The translations under genes were made by a program, and so were the position numbers. DNA of 64,000 nt from Syntrophaceae bacterium UBA6078 (lineage in GTDB: Bacteria; Desulfobacterota; Syntrophia; Syntrophales; UBA2210), in the NCBI GenBank assembly GCA_002428735.1, contig DIXO01000020.1, positions 2,554 to 66,553 on the forward strand, read 5' to 3'. Under the pieces are notes generated by a model. It was not told where the DNA came from. It did no database searches and was given only the letters and a program-made list of their open reading frames with translations. Positions 55,661-64,000 of this stretch are shown in pieces (position 1 is the first letter of the stretch; the number at the start of each line of letters is the position of its first letter).

Positions 55661-56220
55661 TGGCGACATCGCCCGATATACGGACGCCCCGTCTGCTGAT
55701 CACGGCCTTCAGCGAACGGTATCTGAGCCCGCGCTACGTCGGGTGGCTCAATAATCCCGATGTGACGCGCTTCAGCGAACAACGCCACAGAACGCATACC
55801 ATGGAATCATGCAGGGCCTACCTCGAATCGTTTGCGCATACGCCGAACTATTTCTGGGCCCTCCTGGAGACCGGCCGCGATTTTCTGCATATCGGCAACG
55901 TCAATGCCTATGTCGATTCCGCAAACGGGACTGCCGATGCAGGTATTCTCATAGGCGAGATGAGCGTGTGGGGGAAAGGCTACGCGGTGGAGGCCTTCGA
56001 GGCTGTGATCGGTTACCTGATTGAAGAGCGGGGGATTCGAAAGGTCACGGCCGGGACGCTCCTGGCGAACGCCCGGATGGTGAAGGTGATGGAGAAAGCG
56101 GGAATGATCGAAGACGGGATCAGAAAACGCCAGTACCTGTGGAACGGCACGGAAGCGGACGCGATCCACATGGCTGTCTTCAGGAATCAATGGGCCGGAA
56201 AAAGTAACAAATTAAAATAG
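55660..56220 (+). CDS. pseH: GNAT N-acetyltransferase (PseH-like)
   Basis: ATG 55660 overlaps the pseF stop by 1 nt. TPRLLITAFSERYLSPRYVGWLNNPDV and ...WGKGYAVEAF... (RimL/PseH-type GNAT). Confidence 0.65.
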   Translation: MATSPDIRTPRLLITAFSERYLSPRYVGWLNNPDVTRFSEQRHRTHTMESCRAYLESFAHTPNYFWALLETGRDFLHIGNVNAYVDSANGTADAGILIGEMSVWGKGYAVEAFEAVIGYLIEERGIRKVTAGTLLANARMVKVMEKAGMIEDGIRKRQYLWNGTEADAIHMAVFRNQWAGKSNKLK

Positions 56221-56222
56221 AT

Positions 56223-56238
56223 TGGCACGTATATTGCG
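56223..56238 (+). promoter_or_regulatory. sigma54 promoter (TGGCAC-N5-TTGCG)
   Basis: TGGCACGTATATTGCG is a near-perfect consensus, about 65 nt upstream of ATG 56304. Confidence 0.6.
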
Positions 56239-56303
56239 TACGTATCGGAGGCAGTGGGCGGATGCCGACCACCGGACGCGCGATTTCATAAAGGATCGTA
56301 GGA

Positions 56304-58748
56304 ATGAATAAACCTCTTCAGGAAATGCTTTCCATCTGTATCGTTGGAGATGTCGCTTCCCCCGGTATGGCGGAGTGCGTTGCGGGGGCTCAGGCACTAA
56401 CGGACAGGATTTTCTTTTTAAATCCTGACGGAAGCACGGGTAATGAACCGGGCGGATCGGAAGACGGCCCCATTCCCGTAGACAGAAAGTCTCTCCCCTC
56501 CGCCATAGAAACCGAATGGGTACTGTTTCTCACGGGAGACGACGTCATAGGGGTTTCATCCCCTGAAGAACTCCGCCGGACCCTGAGCGATACCGGGCCC
56601 CGGGGATATCTTGTCTGCGTGAAAGACGGAACGGTCACGGATTCTCTCCGGGAATTCCCGTTTATCGGCAATCTCGGTCAATTTGAAACAATGGGCAATC
56701 AGGCCTTCGTGACACGGCTTGAATGGAGACTGGCCGGAAAGGACAGGGCCGGCGATTGCCTGGATACGCTCCTTGGTGACGCCGGGGAGGAACGTTTCCC
56801 TATCACTATCACTCATATAGCCGGCGGGTTTCACCTGTTCAGAGGGATGCGGGAAATACCGCCAGTTCGGGAAGAGGATGGCGATCATGACATGCGCCAC
56901 CTCAAGGGTGAGATCTATTACGGACCGTTTCCCGGTGAAGGTCTGGACGAGTTGAGCAGCGCGTACATAGGATTCAGGGTATTGCACGAGCGGTATCTCG
57001 AGAGCTTCCTGGAAAGCGCCGACCATGGATTCGGCATAGACGGCATGTATCTGCCCATGATCGATCACCTCTGCAGGAAAGGGAATTTTGATGGTGCGCG
57101 ATCCCTTTTCGAGAGGTGGCTGAAAAATCGCACGGGCGATGAAACGGTGGGGCTGTGCAGGGTCGGGGGCTTTGTGTACAGCCATCTCCTCATGCTGGAC
57201 GAGGCGATCGCCTGGTACGGGAAATCGAACGATCTGTCCGCCGATCCCTCCATTACGGCGCTCCTGGGGGAACTGTACCTCATCAAAGGCGACCGGGAAC
57301 AATCGAGACAGCTTCTCAGGCAATCGATTGCGGTAAAGCCGAGCGAGTTTCATGAGCGGTTGCTTGCCACTATCGCCTCCGAAGAATGGAAACCATCCAC
57401 CCTGAGCCTCTGCATGATAGCGCGGGACGAGGAAAAAACGATCGGCACGGCCCTCGATTCCGTATCAGGTATTGTTGATGAAATCGTTGTCCTGGATACA
57501 GGGTCATCGGACCGGACAGGGGAGATTGCCGGCGCCTACGGCGCGCGGGTGATCGAATCACACTGGCAGGATGATTTTTCAGCCGCGAGAAACGAGGCCC
57601 TGCGCGAAGCGAGGGGAGATTACATCCTGTTTCTCGACGCCGATGAATACATCGATCCCGGCGACCGGCTGGGGCTGGCTCTGTTGAAACAGCTTCTTCC
57701 GCAGGACCGCGATACCGTTTACCGGGTCACGGTGAAAGCGGACGAGAAGCTGCAGGAATTGTCGGTGTCGCTCCTGAATAATCTCATGAAGGAGCAGTAT
57801 GTGTCACACCAGGTAAGAGTGTTTCCGCGGACGGACAGGCTCTTCTTTGCAGGCCCCGCCTTTGAGTCTCTGGATTCTTCCCTGGGGAACACAGGCATGA
57901 AGGTGAAAGACGCGTCGTTGTTTCACATCATTCATGGAAGAGAAAACGGGGCATTCAGAGACGAAAGGATGGTCCCCGCCGTCAGAAAAAGCCTCGGTTC
58001 CGCTGTGGCTTCCCCGGCCTTTCTGAAAGGAGGGCTGTTTTTTCTGAAACGGGGCGATCTCGACCAGGCCTATCCGTGGTTTCAAAACGCCAGGCACATG
58101 GAACCCCATTTCGCGGTCAAAATCGCGAAGCTCTACACAAGCCAGCACCGGTATGAATATGCCGAATCAATCATACAAAAAGCCCTGAATCAATTTCCTG
58201 ATTCCCTTGAGCTTGTTGTGGCGCTGGCGGAGGTATACTTCAAGGATGAACGGTATGCCGATGTCAACGCCCTCCTGCGAGAGAGAATCGATCCGGATGA
58301 TACGAATGCAGTGAATCTCGAATCAATTGCAGACGCCTTCTACCACAACGGCATCTCGCTCCTGGAGACGGGGGAGATTGCCGAAGGAATCCCCTGTATC
58401 GCCGCTGCGCTGGAAAAAGACCCTCTGGATGCGCGATACCGGATCGCCGGCCTCTACGCCCTTGCCAGATCGGAACAATGGGATCAGTTCCTCGATGCGG
58501 CCGAACAGATCGTGGGCCAGGAAGGTATAGAGATAGATTTTGAAATCAGAGACTTTGCCGATATCGGCCGCCTTGTTTTCAAGGTGCTCCAGCGTCTTGC
58601 CGGAGACAAAAGGGAGGATGCGGTATGGATCTGCAGGAAGATGCTCACCTATCTGATTCGGACAAAGATCGCTGAAAAAGGGGAAATCGACAGGATGCAA
58701 CGGATCATGGAAGAAACGGATCGGATGATTTCCTGTATGGGGACATAA
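56304..58748 (+). CDS. large TPR- and GT2-domain glycosyltransferase
   Basis: A central GT2 domain (LSLCMIARDEEKTIGTALDSV...VVLDTGSSDRT...ILFLDADEYI) is flanked by TPR-like helical repeats. The N-terminal ~100 aa (LSICIVGD...) look like a degenerate second GT2 start. Confidence 0.75.
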   Translation: MNKPLQEMLSICIVGDVASPGMAECVAGAQALTDRIFFLNPDGSTGNEPGGSEDGPIPVDRKSLPSAIETEWVLFLTGDDVIGVSSPEELRRTLSDTGPRGYLVCVKDGTVTDSLREFPFIGNLGQFETMGNQAFVTRLEWRLAGKDRAGDCLDTLLGDAGEERFPITITHIAGGFHLFRGMREIPPVREEDGDHDMRHLKGEIYYGPFPGEGLDELSSAYIGFRVLHERYLESFLESADHGFGIDGMYLPMIDHLCRKGNFDGARSLFERWLKNRTGDETVGLCRVGGFVYSHLLMLDEAIAWYGKSNDLSADPSITALLGELYLIKGDREQSRQLLRQSIAVKPSEFHERLLATIASEEWKPSTLSLCMIARDEEKTIGTALDSVSGIVDEIVVLDTGSSDRTGEIAGAYGARVIESHWQDDFSAARNEALREARGDYILFLDADEYIDPGDRLGLALLKQLLPQDRDTVYRVTVKADEKLQELSVSLLNNLMKEQYVSHQVRVFPRTDRLFFAGPAFESLDSSLGNTGMKVKDASLFHIIHGRENGAFRDERMVPAVRKSLGSAVASPAFLKGGLFFLKRGDLDQAYPWFQNARHMEPHFAVKIAKLYTSQHRYEYAESIIQKALNQFPDSLELVVALAEVYFKDERYADVNALLRERIDPDDTNAVNLESIADAFYHNGISLLETGEIAEGIPCIAAALEKDPLDARYRIAGLYALARSEQWDQFLDAAEQIVGQEGIEIDFEIRDFADIGRLVFKVLQRLAGDKREDAVWICRKMLTYLIRTKIAEKGEIDRMQRIMEETDRMISCMGT

Positions 58749-58752
58749 CGCG

Positions 58753-60666
58753 ATGAACAGAAAAGATATCTTCGAAAAGAATCTCTCGGCCCTCGCTGAG
58801 AGAAACCCGCGACTGGCCGGAAAAGTCCGGGACGCGCGAGGAAACGGCCATGGTCATCTGCTCGAGGGGAAGGAGGGGTGCCCGCCCAATCTGCTCGTGG
58901 AACATGACGGTGCGCGTATTCTTTTTTATGACGCGGAGGATCCTCTTCGATATTCCCGCGAGTATCTGGAAGGATTGAACGTCAAATACGCCCCCTTTGT
59001 TTTCTTCATGGGGTTCGGACTCGGGTACCATCTGGAGCAGTTCGCGACGCGGTTCAGCAATGAATGGGGGACGAAGGAGATCGTCATTTACGAAAAGGAG
59101 ATCGAGTTGTTCCGGCTTGCTCTGCACGTGGGCGACTATGGAACCGTTCTCAGGCATCCCCATATCCATTTCTTTGTGGGGGATGATCCGGAAGACAGCC
59201 ATGTCCTGCTCTCTTCCGATATCCTGATACGGGACCGTTACGCCCTTCGCTCCATCAAGGTCATTCCCCTGCCCCCAAGCGTCAGCCTCCATAGATCGTA
59301 CTATCTCAAGGCCGCCCGGACCATAAAAAAGGCGGCCGTTACTGTCATGGTAAACGTGGGCAATGATTCCTTTGACTCCCTGGTCGGGTTGGAACATACC
59401 TTTGCAAATATACAACATATCTTTTCCAATCCCGGCATCAACAGCCTGTACGGAAAATTCAAAGGGAAACCGGGCGTCCTGGTGGCTGCCGGCCCCTCTC
59501 TCAAGAAAAACGTGCATCTCCTGAAAGGACTGGAAGACAGGGCCCTCATCATGAGTTGCGACGCGACACTCCTGCCCCTGATGAAAAAAGGGATTCAGCC
59601 CCACCTGGTGACCTCTCTTGAGCGGTCGCCCGAGGTTCTTCTCCACTACGCGAAAATTCACGATTTCAAGAATACCTATGCGGTCACCCTCCCCATCCAG
59701 ACGCCTGAATCGGTGGAGGCCTTCACGGGAAGGAAGTTCATTGCCTACCGGAAATATTCTTATTTCGACTGGTTCGAGAAGGATAAGGGCTCCCTGGTGG
59801 TCGGGCATTCCGTGGCCAATCTTGCCTTCAAGATACTGATGCACCTTGCATGCGATCCGATCATACTGATCGGACAGGATCTGGCCTATGCCCGTGAGGG
59901 GGATTCCCACATCGGCGGGGTTGTGGGCAGAAACCGTGACAATATCTTTGAATATGAGTCCGTCGAACTGGAGGGCAATGACGGCAGGCCCGTCAAGTCA
60001 ATGAAATACTGGGAGCTCTTCAAGCTGGAGTATGAGGAGGATATCCATTCCTACGACGGAACCTGCGTCAATGCCACCGAGGGGGGCGCAAAGATAAGAG
60101 GCGCCAAAATAATGACATTCGCGGACGCCATTGGTACCTATTGCCGGCAGTCATACAACCCTCAGGCAATACTTGATGAAACCTACCATCAGTTTGCGAT
60201 CGAGTCCGATATACAGAAAGAGATGGATGAAATCCTTGTCAAGGCCGTCGATACCCGGGAAACCGTTGAACGGGCAATCCGTGATTTCGAGACGGCGCTG
60301 AAAGAGGCGCGGCTGGTGGAAGAGGAGGTTATCCGCCCGTCCCTGGAGGGAGCGCCCTGTTCCGATGAAGGGAAGGAACGTCTCCTGTCCATTGAGAAAA
60401 AATGGCTTACCCTGGGCGCATCCCTTCAAGGTCACAAAAATCTGTACGCGATTACGGCGCAGACCCTTCAGGCCTATGATCTGTGGCTGGCCAGCGAGCT
60501 GTCCTTCCTCAAGGACATCTACACAAACAGCACCTTCTTATCCATGGCGCGGGTCAGAAAGATGACGGACTGGTTCGCCGTTATCGGGAGTCTCCTTGTC
60601 TTCACCAGGAACGTCCTCGGCGATGCCGCGATAACGCTGAAGAGAGGGACGGAGGCGGTTCAATAG
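58753..60666 (+). CDS. maf: motility-associated factor (Maf) flagellin glycosyltransferase (DUF115/MptE-like)
   Basis: PGVLVAAGPSLKKNV...IMSCDATLLPLMKKGIQPHLVTSLER... and GHSVANLAF...LIGQDLAY match the MAF_flag10 core. Confidence 0.8.
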   Translation: MNRKDIFEKNLSALAERNPRLAGKVRDARGNGHGHLLEGKEGCPPNLLVEHDGARILFYDAEDPLRYSREYLEGLNVKYAPFVFFMGFGLGYHLEQFATRFSNEWGTKEIVIYEKEIELFRLALHVGDYGTVLRHPHIHFFVGDDPEDSHVLLSSDILIRDRYALRSIKVIPLPPSVSLHRSYYLKAARTIKKAAVTVMVNVGNDSFDSLVGLEHTFANIQHIFSNPGINSLYGKFKGKPGVLVAAGPSLKKNVHLLKGLEDRALIMSCDATLLPLMKKGIQPHLVTSLERSPEVLLHYAKIHDFKNTYAVTLPIQTPESVEAFTGRKFIAYRKYSYFDWFEKDKGSLVVGHSVANLAFKILMHLACDPIILIGQDLAYAREGDSHIGGVVGRNRDNIFEYESVELEGNDGRPVKSMKYWELFKLEYEEDIHSYDGTCVNATEGGAKIRGAKIMTFADAIGTYCRQSYNPQAILDETYHQFAIESDIQKEMDEILVKAVDTRETVERAIRDFETALKEARLVEEEVIRPSLEGAPCSDEGKERLLSIEKKWLTLGASLQGHKNLYAITAQTLQAYDLWLASELSFLKDIYTNSTFLSMARVRKMTDWFAVIGSLLVFTRNVLGDAAITLKRGTEAVQ

Positions 60667-60717
60667 GGGGAAGGCATCCTGCCTCGTCGCTTCTGAAACG
60701 CGTATCCGGGGAAACAG

Positions 60718-61344
60718 ATGAATGAAGCGGACCACATCTATGAGGAAAATATGCAGGTTCTTACGGCGAGGTGGCCTCTCCTTGCGGACAGAGTCCGAGG
60801 GCACAGGGCTGAATTGTCGTGGGAAATGTTTCCCGCCCGCAACGGACAGGTAACGGCGCGGAAGGTCCTGGAAGAAGGCCTCGTCAGACACATCCACAGC
60901 CGGTATGATCCGGAAAAGGCGGCCCTTCGATGGGCCGGTCTCGCTCCTCGAGACGCTGATACACTGGCGGTTCTCGGATTCGGCCTCGGGTATCACGCCG
61001 TGGCCGTAAGAAGAATGCATCATGACGGTCCCCTCGTTATCATCGAAGCGGACCGGGGGCTGTTTCACCTCGCCCTGCGATCGGTTCCCCTGACATCCCT
61101 CCTGAACGATCCGCGCACCCATCTCTTCGTTCAAGAGAGCAGCGACAGCATCGAGGAATTTCTGGATGATCTGAATCCCGGTTCGCTCGGGTATCTCCCC
61201 TATTTCCCCGTAACCGATCTCTATCCGGAATACTACGGGCCTGTCCGGGACCTCCTGGAAAAGCGGATCTTCGAATGCCGCCTGCGGGACGAACCGGCTC
61301 TCGGCCGGGAGATCGGAGAACTGCTCCAGGAGACCATAGGGTGA
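60718..61344 (+). CDS. stand-alone Maf N-terminal-domain paralog
   Basis: Colinear with residues 1-~190 of the Maf at 58753 (I(F/Y)E(K/E)N..L..R.P.LA..VR; GFGLGYH; (V/I)I(Y/I)E....LF.LAL; P..H(F/L)FV). It lacks the DUF115 catalytic part. Confidence 0.7.
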   Translation: MNEADHIYEENMQVLTARWPLLADRVRGHRAELSWEMFPARNGQVTARKVLEEGLVRHIHSRYDPEKAALRWAGLAPRDADTLAVLGFGLGYHAVAVRRMHHDGPLVIIEADRGLFHLALRSVPLTSLLNDPRTHLFVQESSDSIEEFLDDLNPGSLGYLPYFPVTDLYPEYYGPVRDLLEKRIFECRLRDEPALGREIGELLQETIG

Positions 61345-61357
61345 GGCTCAAGAGGAC

Positions 61358-62893
61358 ATGAACATACTGGTCATACGCACCCACCGGTTAGGGGATATCC
61401 TGCAACTCACCCCCATGATCGGGGGGCTGAAAAGGAGCTATCCCGACAGTACGATCTACTTTCTGACCGGGAAGGATTATGCGCCGCTGCTCGAAGGAAA
61501 TCCAGCCGTCGACGCCATCATCCCCTTCCCCGAGAAGGAGTATCGATACGCGCTGAAGAACGAACCGGACGGGTATCCCTCCCTGTTCAACGCATGCCAT
61601 GACCTGATCGGTGAACTGAGGCGGATACGATTCGATCTGATCGTCAACCGTCAGTACGAATGGGGGGCGCGTTTCGCTTCCCTTGCGGGCGCTTCTCGCA
61701 TAGCAGGCGGCGCATATTCCCCGGAAAGAGGGTTCTATTTCGACGATCAGCCGTCGCAGGATCTTGTTGATGCGATCAAGGGTGATCGGAAAAAAAACAG
61801 ACGGAACCTCGTTGACTGGGCCTGCCGGATAGCCGGACTGCCTCCGGAAGGTCACACACGGATGTATCTGCCTCTTGGTCCTTTGGACCGCAGGGAAGCC
61901 CAGCGGCTTATCAACGACTCTCGCTCCGACAGCACACGCCCCATCGTCGCTGTTCAGGCGGGCGCGGCCAGAACCTTCCGTCAATGGGGGGCGGATAATT
62001 TTGCGGAAGTGATCGACCGGCTGATCCATGAGAAAGGGAGGAGGGTGGTTCTCATGGGAAGCGAGGACGAACGGGATCTGTTCACCGGCCGGGGGATCGG
62101 TATCGGCGGGGAGGAACGGAATCTCATCAATCTCATGGGGGAAACCTCCCTGAAGACGACGGGGGCCGTCCTCGAGCGGTGCGAGGTCCTCATCACCGGG
62201 GACACGGGCCCCATGCACATGGCGGCCGCCGTGGGCACCCCCGTTCTCTCCCTCTTTTTCGGGACCGCCTATCCCTGGGAGACCGGTCCCTACGGATACG
62301 GCCATTTCATCCTCTATGCCGATCTTCCCTGCGCCCCCTGTTTCGATCCCTCCCGGTGCGAACGGGGCCATCTCTGCAAGGGTATGATCACTCCTTCGGT
62401 TGTCATGGCGGCCTTCGAGACATTCGACGCCTTCCGGCGTGGCGACCCCGTCGGCTGGGAATGCCCCGATCCGTCCGTGAGACTCTTTGTGACGTCCCGC
62501 GACACCGGGGGGGAGCAGGTTCTTGTCCCCCCGGAACAGCTCGCGGGCGGCATGCCGGAGCGCGGGCTGTGTATTGATGATGGCCCTGACGGAGAATATC
62601 TTCCGGCGATTCTCCGCGCCCGGGGGGAGGAGATCATCCGCTCTTTTATGGAGGGGGAGAGCGAAAGGGGCTTCACGGACTTTGCCGCATACCTGGAAGA
62701 GTGGCTTGCCCTGAGAAAAACCGCCCCGTCCCTCGGGGACGAAGGACTCAAATCGACGGGGGAACTCATCAACGCCTGTCTGGAGGCGCTGCGAAGCAGG
62801 GACACGGTGGCCCTCATAGACGCCATCGAGTACGGATTCAACCCGCGGCTCGAACAATCTTCCCACAAATCTTTTAACGCAAATCACCTCTAA
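61358..62893 (+). CDS. glycosyltransferase family 9 (heptosyltransferase-like), paralog 3, with a ~150-aa C-terminal extension
   Basis: MNILVIRTHRLGDILQLTPMIGGLK, VAVQAGAARTFRQW, ITGDTGPMHMAAAVGTPVLSLFFGT and LPCAPC....C. Confidence 0.8.
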   Translation: MNILVIRTHRLGDILQLTPMIGGLKRSYPDSTIYFLTGKDYAPLLEGNPAVDAIIPFPEKEYRYALKNEPDGYPSLFNACHDLIGELRRIRFDLIVNRQYEWGARFASLAGASRIAGGAYSPERGFYFDDQPSQDLVDAIKGDRKKNRRNLVDWACRIAGLPPEGHTRMYLPLGPLDRREAQRLINDSRSDSTRPIVAVQAGAARTFRQWGADNFAEVIDRLIHEKGRRVVLMGSEDERDLFTGRGIGIGGEERNLINLMGETSLKTTGAVLERCEVLITGDTGPMHMAAAVGTPVLSLFFGTAYPWETGPYGYGHFILYADLPCAPCFDPSRCERGHLCKGMITPSVVMAAFETFDAFRRGDPVGWECPDPSVRLFVTSRDTGGEQVLVPPEQLAGGMPERGLCIDDGPDGEYLPAILRARGEEIIRSFMEGESERGFTDFAAYLEEWLALRKTAPSLGDEGLKSTGELINACLEALRSRDTVALIDAIEYGFNPRLEQSSHKSFNANHL

Positions 62894-62918
62894 AGTTTCT
62901 TTCCTCTTTGTCCGATAA
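62891..62918 (+). promoter_or_regulatory. sigma28 (FliA) promoter for the flagellin gene
   Basis: TAAAGTTT-12 nt-CCGATAA, against the consensus TAAAGTTT-N11-GCCGATAA. It lies about 170 nt upstream of the flagellin ATG. Confidence 0.7.
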
Positions 62919-63085
62919 CCCAACCAGAAGTCAGAAAAAAACTCATCAATCTTGAAAGAAAGGAGGGATGACAGAAGAGGCACACGGACGGCCCCTCGCG
63001 GGGTGTCCGGACTTCGATGAGACGGCACGGATGCCACAGCGGGCCACGAGCCCACAAAAAACAAACAATCAAGGAGGATTGAATC

Positions 63086-64000
63086 ATGGGTTTCAGAATT
63101 CAGAATAACGTAGCGGCAATGAACGCGCATCGCTGGCTTTCCACCAATGACGCGTCGATGAACAAATCATTGGAACGACTTTCATCCGGTTACCGGATCA
63201 ACAGGGCGGCTGATGATGCCGCCGGTCTTGCTATTTCATCCAACTTCAGGGCGAATATAGCCAGTTTCAAGGTCGCTTCCCGGAATACCTCGGAGGCGGG
63301 CGCCCTTCTGCAGGTTGCTGAAGGCGGTATGGAACAGATCGAAAACATGCTCGTCCGGCTCAAAGAGCTGGCAACCCAGGCCGCGTCGGCCAACGTGGGT
63401 TCCACCGAGCGGGCGAAGATCAATTCGGAGGGGAACGCGCTCATCTCGGAAATCGACCGGATCGCCAACTCCACCAAGTATGGAAGCACGACACTGCTTG
63501 ACGGGACCTTTGGTTCCTCGAAAGCGGGCACCGTGGGAGTCGGAAGCGAAGACGGGATGATCGGCAGCACGAATAACGCCTACACGGTTGCAGGCGGTAC
63601 GGATGTGATGTCCGCGGCGACCGTTGTTGCCATCGGCAGCGGCATGGCGGAAGCGACCACATGGTACTTCGGCGTCAATTCGGAGGGCGATACCCTCTAT
63701 CTCGCGAACGCCGCGACCTATTCACAGTCGACGCTGATAGAGAGCTACACGGGGACGATCAATGCCGCCAACAGCGCGGTGGCCTTCGAAAACCTCGGTA
63801 TGACCATCGCGATTACCGGCACTGTAACGGGGATTGCCAATACCAACTCGGACAACGAGTGCACATTCGACAGTTCCGTGACCCTGAAGCGGACGGGCCT
63901 CACCTCTCTTGTCGTTGAAGGCGCCGCCACGGGTACGTACACCTTCTCCGTTGGTGCTGCGAACACGCTGACCCTGAGCGACGGCACCACGACGGAGACT
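63086..64000 (+). CDS. fliC: flagellin, 3'-truncated by the window edge
   Basis: RBS AAGGAGG at 63071-63077 and ATG 63086. MGFRIQNNVAAMNAHRWL...LERLSSGYRINRAADDAAGLAIS...LQVAEGG...LVRLKELATQAA is the canonical flagellin N-domain. 305 codons are open to the window end (not in the ORF track because there is no stop). Confidence 0.9.
   Translation, partial: MGFRIQNNVAAMNAHRWLSTNDASMNKSLERLSSGYRINRAADDAAGLAISSNFRANIASFKVASRNTSEAGALLQVAEGGMEQIENMLVRLKELATQAASANVGSTERAKINSEGNALISEIDRIANSTKYGSTTLLDGTFGSSKAGTVGVGSEDGMIGSTNNAYTVAGGTDVMSAATVVAIGSGMAEATTWYFGVNSEGDTLYLANAATYSQSTLIESYTGTINAANSAVAFENLGMTIAITGTVTGIANTNSDNECTFDSSVTLKRTGLTSLVVEGAATGTYTFSVGAANTLTLSDGTTTET

Noticed and set aside
61388-63130. 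A 580-aa minus-strand ORF, plus other long antisense ORFs (37982-39415 minus, 26270-27511 plus, 31827-33173 plus, 58705-59910 minus, 36298-37308 minus, 5422-6366 plus, 640-1416 minus).
   Set aside because: Each lies entirely opposite a well-supported gene with clear family motifs. Their translations are Arg/Pro/Gly-rich and low-complexity, as expected for shadow ORFs in high-GC DNA.

Overview
The window is about 57% G+C by eye, consistent with a Desulfobacterota or other deltaproteobacterium-like genome, and has four blocks. (1) 1-3.9 kb is core: the 3' part of a pyruvoyl arginine decarboxylase gene and a 7TM-GAF histidine kinase coupled to a receiver/class III nucleotidyl cyclase. (2) 3.9-18.8 kb is a 14.9-kb island inserted in the initiator tRNA-fMet gene, bounded by the intact tRNA and a displaced 3' half. 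A higher-GC type I R-M operon (hsdM, orf87, Abi_2, hsdS, RhuM-Fic/Doc, hsdR) has all six ORFs chained by ATGA overlaps. A low-GC integrative module carries an integrase, an AlpA-like excisionase, a Cys-rich protein, a Rep-like protein with iterons, an IS200 tnpA remnant and several unknowns. (3) 18.8-35.6 kb holds a low-GC islet (CoA-transferase A/B, TRAP dctPQM, cupin). It is followed by an RCK K+ channel, an HDOD protein behind a consensus sigma70 promoter with a ~250-nt leader, two hybrid histidine kinases and a lytic transglycosylase. (4) 35.6-64 kb is a ~27-kb flagellin glycosylation island ending in a sigma28-driven flagellin gene cut by the window edge. It has the full pseudaminic acid pathway (pseB/C/G/I/F/H), about nine extra sugar-tailoring enzymes, Maf and a TPR-GT2 protein. 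The best novelty candidates are the overlap-coupled R-M/Abi/Fic operon, a MerR-HTH::PseB fusion, and three GT9 heptosyltransferase-like paralogs, one of them directly downstream of a stand-alone Maf N-domain gene (possible split flagellin glycosyltransferase). No CRISPR array or rRNA gene was seen. All functional calls come from motif recognition by eye; no searches or computations were run.
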